Positions 1 through 8,500 of a DNA stretch of 64,000 nucleotides are shown here, in pieces (the first letter of the stretch is position 1; each line of letters opens with the position of its first letter). Source of the DNA: Candidatus Poseidoniaceae archaeon (GTDB lineage Archaea > Thermoplasmatota > Poseidoniia > Poseidoniales > Poseidoniaceae). The position numbers and the translations under genes are program-made. The notes under the pieces are model-generated. The model made no database searches. It was not told the DNA's origin and was given only the letters and a program-made list of their open reading frames with translations. The stretch is taken from assembly GCA_949373095.1 (NCBI GenBank), contig CASIBY010000005.1:110955-174954 (forward strand). The letters are read 5' to 3'.

Positions 1-1982
1 CCCCAACTGGAATTGGTAAAACCGCAGCATCCCTGGCTGCTGCTCTTCAGGTGGCCAGCCAACAACCTCAGCGGAAAACAATTTTCTTCCTCACGTCCCG
101 CCAAACTCAGCATCGTATCGTTGTTGACACCGTTCGTAAAATCAACCAACAACGAGAAGGGATGGCCCCGATTAGACTTGTAGACATGGTCGGTCAAGCC
201 GGTATGTGCGTCCAAGAATTCGCCAAAGAATCGTCCGTTGTGTTTTCCCTAATGTGTAGCCAAGCACGCAAATCTAGGTCCTGCCGACCATGGATTACAA
301 GTGCCCCTGGCCTCAAGGAACGAATTCTTGAATCACCACTTCACGTTGATGAACTCGTATCACTTACTCGAACCCACACCGTCAACGGAGAAGTTACCCA
401 AGCATGCCCTTGGAAAGTAGCCCGTGAAGCCGTGAATGGTGCTGATGTATTCGTTGGAGATTACAATCACCTCTTTGATGAAGGTGTTCGGGACTCAAGC
501 CTGAAGGCAATGGACCTGTCCCTAGAGGACATCATTATCGTTGTAGACGAAGCACACAACTTGCCCGACCGTATTCGACTTACGCTTGAGAAACGACTCA
601 CGCAGACCATGATCCGGAACACGTTTGCAGAATTGGAAGAGTATGTCGGCACGCTTCAACGATCCATGAACATGCCTGGGGGAGAGATGCTGGCAGCAAC
701 CCACGACTTGGCCTACTGGGCCTTTCGAGGTCATTCGCACCTCAAGAAAGAGTTTTGCGGACTTTTTCAGCCGTCTTCGCTCATCACTTAACCGGTGACA
801 AGGAAGAGTGTGAAGTTCAGGTTGAAACCCTCCTCCAAGTGTTCCACCGGGCCTGTGATGAAGTCGACGGGATTGTCGGACAAAAGAATTTGAATTCGCC
901 CACCTGTCCAACAGACGCAAGCACGGCGTAGACCCAGCCGTCCGAATCCATCAACTGCGAGACATTCTTTCAGCCGTGGATGTGGACATGGACGCAGGGG
1001 ACGATGGAAACCCAATGGAGCCGAACGCTCACCGAGTCGCCCAGATTCTAGATTGCCTCATTCGCTTCGGCTCCACAACTGCAATGACGATGGTGTACGA
1101 TACCAAAGGGAAAGGATGGCCGAATCACGACCCACCTGCTCGACCCCGGATTGGTCTCGAAACCCGTCCTTACCGGCTCAGCCGGTGCCGTGCTGATGTC
1201 AGGAACGCTGTACCCCCCCACCATGTACGCCAACATCTTGGCGCTACCGACGGCCAAGACCACCGCTGTAGCCTATGCATCACCTTTTGCCGCCATGCGA
1301 CGGCCGGTGCTCGTGGCCTCGGACGTGACGACGAAAGTACACCGAGCGAACCCCCCAAAACACCGATTTAATGCGACAGCACATTCAATCACTCATTGAT
1401 ACAACACCAGGAAACGTGGCTGTATTTGCCCCATCTTATGCACTGCTCAATTCCATTGTTGCAGAAGCCCACTTCTCGGGTGTTCGGATGATGGTGGAGG
1501 ACCGTAACTGGACCAAGCAAGATCTGGACCAAGTGGTAGAAACCCTACTTGAAGAGAAGAAAGCTGGCCGCCGTATTCTGTTGGCCGGCGTGTTTAATGC
1601 GCGCCTTTCGGAAGGCGTAGACTACCATAGTGGCGCATTGGATGCTGTTGCTTGTATCGGCATTCCTAATTCACCACCCTCTGTACTTTCATCTGCTCTT
1701 AAAGCGCATGCCGAAGACCGTTTTGGAAGAAATCTTGCATGGAGGTACACTGTCTCTCAGCCAGCCATCAATTCCATACTGCAAGCGATGGGGCGTCCAA
1801 TTCGTTCTATTGGAGATAGGGCCCTCATCGTGCTTTTGGACCGAAGAGTTACAGAACGAACCTACGCCTCATGTTTTCCTGAAGACCTCAGAATGAACGA
1901 GTCGAGCGGGACCCAGAATCAACCGGCCATTTTGCACGGAGGTTTTTCTCCAAAATCCAACCCGACTCCACGCTTGGAGTGA
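1..1982 (+). pseudogene. XPD/Rad3-type FeS DNA helicase (SF2, DinG/XPD family). The 5' end lies outside the window and the reading frame is interrupted at least 4 times.
   Basis: Walker A PTGIGKT reads from nt 3 in the frame of ORF 51..791. Four Cys (GMC, LMC, RSCRPW, QACPW) fit the XPD 4Fe-4S domain. The DEAH box VVDEAHNL lies at nt ~541-564. LLDPGLVSKPVL..VLMSGTLYPP lies in the frame of ORF 1151..1399. Motifs V/VI (LLAGVFNARLSEGVDY, QAMGRPIRS) lie in ORF 1371..1982. Homologous pieces sit successively in frames 3,2,1,2,3, with switches near nt ~650-790, ~885, ~1110 and ~1335. The three localized switches sit at short A/G runs. The first is not localized. Confidence 0.75.
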
Positions 1983-2204
1983 AGGAAGAGTCCGACCGAA
2001 GGTTCATGTGGGCTCGTCGTATCCAAACCTCATGGACGAATGGTCACCTCTCGCAATTGAGCAATCACCAAGCACGAACGAATCGATCACTCAGACGCAC
2101 CCAGTTTGGACGGCTTCTCACCCGATGCATCCATGCTCCAGGCTCAATTTTGAAACCGAGTCAACACACCTCTCACTGAGGTTCGCCAACTTCACACCGA
2201 AGTA

Positions 2205-2510
2205 TTGGTAACTGCGGGTATGCTTCCTGAGATGTCACTTGCTGAAACAGAACCTGAACGTGCCCTTTCTTGGGTTGTTGAATCCATTAATGGAAGAATG
2301 AATCCTGACGGCCTTACCATTCCAATGCTAGGAACCACCTACGATGATCTCCATCTACGTTTCAAGACCATCAATGACCAAACTGTGGTTCAATTGCAGG
2401 TCGATGACGGAGACCTACCCCCCTTGGTCAAGGAAATTCCACTTCCCAAGGAAGCTTCATCTAACCTCACTGCTGAATTCAGCAACGGTCGCCTTCATCT
2501 CCGCTGGTAA
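2205..2510 (+). CDS. Hypothetical small protein with a weak Hsp20/alpha-crystallin-like C-terminal pattern.
   Basis: 101-aa ORF with a TTG start. The C-terminus IPLPKEASSNLTAEFSNGRLHLRW resembles the LP..vd...i.A.y.nGvL.i ending of small heat-shock proteins. No other motif was recognised. Confidence 0.3.
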   Translation: MVTAGMLPEMSLAETEPERALSWVVESINGRMNPDGLTIPMLGTTYDDLHLRFKTINDQTVVQLQVDDGDLPPLVKEIPLPKEASSNLTAEFSNGRLHLRW

Positions 2511-2516
2511 GAACCA

Positions 2517-5500
2517 TCAACGCTGCGGGAACTTCTGAATCTGTTCGATTTCGGTTCCCATTCGTGTCAGTGATTGCACAGCAACTTCTTGATGTTGACT
2601 TCCCATTTCTTCACGACTGTACCGAGCCATTTCGAAGGTATTATCCAGTGCTGTGAGGGCATCATCAGAGACTCCATGCAAAGCCTGACGGATGGCAAAT
2701 TCAAACTCACGAACGGTTTCGAAATCCCTTCGCAGGAACCCACGTTGTTGGAGTAGACCACAGAGGTCTTGGTAACAGGTAAAGATGGACTCACGAACAG
2801 CATCACCTGCTGCAAGCAATTCAGCGGTGTAGGCAAACACCTCGGCAGCGTCCTTCAACAGATCGTCTGAAGCAACCTTACGTCGGTAGAGAACTACGCC
2901 TCCAGCGATGAGGGCTCCAAGAAGTAGAACCAAGACATAAGCCCACGGAGATACTGGGGATTCTTCTTCAGCGTAGGAATATTTCAACTCAAATCCTTCA
3001 CTGCGTTGAGCTTCAAAGTCTTGTGTGCTTTGGCTGGAAATCCGTGGGTCGTTGATGACGATGTCCAAGGTGACTTCGCCCCAGAAGGAATAGTCACCAT
3101 ATGGTGGGTCGGCAGGGAAGTCAAAGATTACTTCACCAGAGTTGTCCGTCTGACGTTGCTGGGATGCAATTTGGCTGTTGTTTTCATCGTAAAGATAGAC
3201 TACAACGTTAATCCCTGGAATTCCATTCTTGGTATCCTTAGCCGTAATGAGGACTTCAATGTCAATCTCTTCTTGAACACCTTCAACGATTGCTCCAACC
3301 GTTGGAACAATGTTTGCATTGACTTGTACAAAGACAGCCTTGCTTACCGTTCCTGAATTCAGATAGTTTGAATCGTTACGAGCAGAGTCCACTGCAAAAT
3401 ATTGTGAACCAACGTCGAGCCAGTAGGGTGCAGTTGATGTCATAGAGAAGTTTCCATTTGCCCATGTGATGAGAACTGTTGGGAAACACTGAGCACCTTC
3501 ACGACCACTCGTACATTCTGAACCGTTACCAATGGTCAAAACGAGGTCTTCAAAGACTTCTCCTTCACCACCGACTTCCTGTATTGAACCAGTGTAGACA
3601 ATTGGCGCAAACACATCATCAGACCTTGTCACAATCGTTGTTGAGGTGGGGTCAAGCGTAATGATAACATCAGACCAAACCAAAAGATTGCTATTGGCTG
3701 AAGTAGCTAGGTGTGCCTGTGTGCCCTCGAAACTAACTGACAGTGAATGGGTTCCACGAGAGAGGTCCATTGTTGTAGGAATACTTGCTGACCAAATTCC
3801 ATCGGCCCCGGTCACAGTTGAGAACAACGGAACTCCGTCCATTGAGATGTCGACCATCATTCCAACCAAACCGTCTCGTTCCACGGTGTCAAAGTCATAC
3901 AGACGACCAGTAACTTCCCACGAATCTCCCCGAGTGGCTTCAATACCGTCTTCGAACAGAAGTGTAACCCAAGATCGATGTGAAAGGAAGAATGTCACAT
4001 TTCCTGAACCTGAGCGATAATATCCTTGTGAAGCAACATCGGCTTCAAGGGTGTGATTGCCGAACGCAAAGATGTCTGGAACCAACCAGTCAAAGGTAAA
4101 CGCACCGTTTTCATCGGTTGTGAGTGAGGTAATTACAATGCCTTCTACAACCAACTGAACTTCATGGTTTGCAATTCCGAGAAGTTGGTTATCAACAACA
4201 GTTCCGCTCACCGTTACCGTTTCGTTGACGGCCACTGGAGAGGTCATATCAACGGTGACGAGAACAGGACTGAAGATTTCCCAAACACCTGTTGCATTGC
4301 TTGGAAGGTAAGCCACTGTTCCTGTGAAACGGATTTCAACCGAGAGTGAACCAAGTTGGGCCTCAGCAGGTACAGGATGAACTGCGATGAAGTATCCGTT
4401 TTCATCGGTTGTAGTGTTGGTCAACCATTGTCCATCAAGCCAAATTCCAATCGTCAAGTTCGGCAGGCTGTTGTCCACGAGGTCAACCAGTTGACCTTCA
4501 AGGGTCATCGTTGATTCACGGTCTACTTGACCAGTTGGGGTCAAGAAGATAATCTCGGTGGGCACGCTAACATTGAACCCAACCGTTCCTGAACTCGGCA
4601 TGTAATATTCAGGATTAATGATGTCACCGTAGCCAACAGGGTCTACCCACTCTCGGCCGCCACGGAATTCAACTCCGATGACGTGAGGCCCTGCCGAAAT
4701 GTCATCCGGTAGAGTGTAGCCAAGAGTGTAAGAGCCGTCGGTAGCATTGGTCTCAATGCTCGCCACTGGGACACCATCAATCGTGAGGTGAACAACTGCA
4801 GTAGCGGGAGCACCTGCATCCATGAGAGGCATTCCCAAGTCATCAAGGAGCGTTCCATTTACCGTCAATGAATCACCAGCGGTGAGGACCGTTGGAGCAT
4901 CGATAATTGTAAGGTTGGTTGCTGCTAACACAACGAAGGGGGTTGTACCGTTTGAACCAAGGATCCCCGTTGTACCGGAGATTCCAGTAAAGGATGCACG
5001 GATGTCCGCAGGTCCAACTGATGAGTCAAAGGGCACGAGAAGTGTTCCAAACGCGCTACCGTTGGGTGCTGTCAAGAAGACTCCACTCACGTTGGTTCCA
5101 GGAAGAGTCACTGTCACGGATTGATTGTCTAATGCATCGCCTTGATTGTCACGCAAAAGAAGTTGGAAGGAAACGTTGGTTCCACGGTCTGTACGGTCGT
5201 TCAAGGAAGGTTGACCGAGTCCGTCAAGACTTGGTATGATGAAATCAAGGGTAGAGAACCCTCTGGAATCAAAGGATGTGTTGTTTTCTGAACCCACGTA
5301 ATAGTTGACATTCGGTAGGTACGTTGCTTCCATCACATGCGTTCCTGCACCAAAGGTTTCGGTAAGTCGTAGGGTTGCGTTCCAGAACCCACCGTCACCA
5401 ATGGCTCCTCCTGTCACAGTAAATCCAGTTGGAACTCCGTCAATGGAGAAGAGCACATTGGCATTGGGCAGGGTAATATTATCCCGTTGAATCAATCCTG

Positions 5501-8500
5501 AGCCGTTGTCAGAAGTCACCCGACCTGAGATATTGAATTCATCACCAGCAACCGGATTGTCCGTGATGGTATCCACGACCATGAACGTCAATGAACGAAC
5601 GGTAATTGTGGTGAGGTTAGCCGAGGTTGAGAGGAGGTCAGTTGAACCGTTGTAGACCATTTGAACGATGATTAGTCCTAATGGGTGGTCGTAAGGTATC
5701 GTATACGAGAAGTTCGCAAAGCCTTCACCGTCAGTTGTGGCGGATGTCAACCAAGTTTCATGGAATTCAAGACCAACATCATATCCTGCCAGAGGGGCAA
5801 AGAGGTCCGAAGCCTCAACAAGTTTTGCAGACATGTTGATTGTATTTCCACGGTTGATCACCACGGGGTTAAGCGGGACCAAATTCTCCAGGCGGGACAC
5901 ACCCATGACCTGAATTGGTGTTTGGGCTGTTGCAGTCAGATAGAACGGTGAGGATTCGTTGACAACGGAGATAACGAGTGTGTGAGGGCCTCGTTGAGTT
6001 CCGTTGTTTGCTGTGTCGGTTGGAACACTCATGTTGAAACTGCCGTTAGTGGTTGTGGAAAATCCGTTGAGAAGAAGTTCATCGGGATACTCAAGCCAGA
6101 AGACATTGAGTCGGACTGGTGAGATCAACGGCCGTGAACTGTTCTCTGCATCAAGCACCTGTCCAACCACATTGAATGGTGTTCCTGCGGTGATGGTGGC
6201 TGGAACATTGTTGAATTGGATGTCACTCGTGACCTGAATGGTGATGTTGAGAAGCGTCGAGTTACCCAAATATCGGGTATTTCCAGCGGTCAATGATGAA
6301 CTGATGTCGTCCTGAACGATGACCAATAGATCGTAGTATCCCGGAGCAATACCTGAAGGTGTGAAACTAAAGGTTGCGTTACCATCAGCATCAGAGGAAA
6401 CGGTACCCAACGAGGTGTTGGTAATCCCGTAGTCCCAGATGTATTCCACTGAAGCCCCAGTGACGTTTGAACCGTCTGCAATGTCGGTAATTTTGGCGAT
6501 GAAATCAACAGTATTGTTCATTTCAACGATGTAGTTTTGTCGTTCAGCCGTGACAACGACTTCAGATTCAATACCTCCAAGAGTAGAGATCAATGCTGGT
6601 GGGCTTGGTGGCAGACTCGTATCAAGGTAGGAATAGTAAGCACCCCCAATTGGTGCCTGAGATTCAAAGTCAAACTCAAGCACAAAGTCGTAAACCCCCG
6701 AAGCGATGGTGGTCGGCATGGTGATTGGTATGTTGAACGCACCTGTAGAATTGTTAAGTGAAGATGTTGCAATGTCAACTGGCCCCTCTTCGAGGTTAAT
6801 AGTAACACGAATCTGGGTGGCATTGTTGAGAACAGGGGTGTTGTAGAACGCATCAAAGATGTCCCCAAACAAGAAGGTGGAGCCGCCAAGATGAGTCCAA
6901 TCCTGTCCTATGGAAAGGTTGTATCCAATCTCAGCTTGTACCCGTATGCTTCCGTTGCCGATAGAAGGCTGATAATACTCTGAACCGTTGAAAGAGATGT
7001 CAATCGGATAGTCCCCTGCAAGAAGGTCGGAGGTAAGAGGCCAAGAAAACTCAATCACGTCGCCACCTGGGTCGGTGGTAGTATTGTACCAAGTTCCGTT
7101 GAATGATAAATCATAGTCTCCCAAAAGAACGAGATTTTGAACAAACCCTCGGTGGTCTGTAATCGAAACTTCAACGGTGCCGTCAAAGCCTCGCATTTGA
7201 GCCGAATCAGCAACTTGGAATCCAAGGAAACCGCGTAAGAAGTACGGCCAACTGGTACTTACGTTAGCGTCATCCGTTGCCGGAAGTGTTGCTGGGAAGA
7301 AGCGAAGACGAACTTCTAGTTCACCCGAACCTACCATCGTTGACGAGGGGAGGAAATGTTGGACTGAGAACGTCCCAGTGACGCTTGTGTTGAACACTTC
7401 GAACCAAACATCGCCACTATTGTTACCACGAATAGCAAATTGCAGATTTCCTGTCAATGGCACTGGAGACGGCCCTACTGAAACCGCAGAGCCGTTCACC
7501 CAGATGTTGTCATCGAGAAGGAGAATGCTCTTGTTGGTCAAGGGACCTTCAATAACTGCTGTCAGATTTGGTGCATCGGTCACATTGAGTACTATGGAGG
7601 TAGTTGTAGGATTAAGGTGGAAAGCCTCGAGAGGTATACCTGTGACTGAGGTATCCTGCCAGCCAGAATATCCAAGTGTAGCAGAGAGGTTTCCTTTGGT
7701 TTCAAATTCGCTGAGATTCAAGGTGAATGCGAATGCTCCAGCGCTGTCAACAAGTCCGGTTAAGTTCTGAAGGCCGTCAACAGAGGAGGTATACGTCAAC
7801 CAAACAGTTTGATTCGGAAGTTGGAAGAAGACATCTAGAGGTTGGTTCTCAAACTCGAGCAAGCCCTCAATGACTGTGGTTGCACCTGCACCAGCAACTG
7901 GAGCGTTAATGACTGCAGGAGCCGTATGGAATAAGGATGAATTCTCTGTCATGTTCACAAAACCATCGTAAACAGTCCCGCCGTTTGGAACATAACCAGA
8001 CTGACGGTACTCGATGACGATATTGTGCATGCCTGGTGCCGAAGGAGAATCTGGAGCACCTGTGAAGTTGAAGGTTCCATTTGCATCGGTTCGGAACTCT
8101 CCAATCAAACGGTCCATTGAACCGCCTGGGCCCGGAACGAGGTTTGCATCGGAAACTGGGACAAGATAGGCAAAGACTGGAATTTCAGAAGCGGGTGTCC
8201 CGTTTTCCGCATAGCGAAGTTGACCTGTTACATTGAGATCTTGGGTACTGTCACGATTCCAAGTCAAGGTGGAAATGGTTTGGTTGACAACTTCCATTTC
8301 TTCTGCTGGTGGGCAAGGGTCAAAGGCGACCCAACCGAGGTCTGTATTTCCGTTTGCACTGTTTTGTTGGAGGCGGACTTCGGACCAAGTCGTTGCGTCA
8401 GTAGCATAGACTGCATAACCTTCTCCAGTCCATGTTCCTCCGGAATAACCAGTCACTTGGCGAGCTGGGAGCCCAGCAAGACGAGCCATGGTTACGAACA

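Noticed and set aside
2008-2510. The possibility that ORF 2008..2211 and ORF 2205..2510 are two halves of one frameshifted small heat-shock gene.
   Set aside because: There is only a vague resemblance to Hsp20 patterns in either piece. I cannot align them convincingly by eye, so only the downstream ORF is reported, at low confidence.
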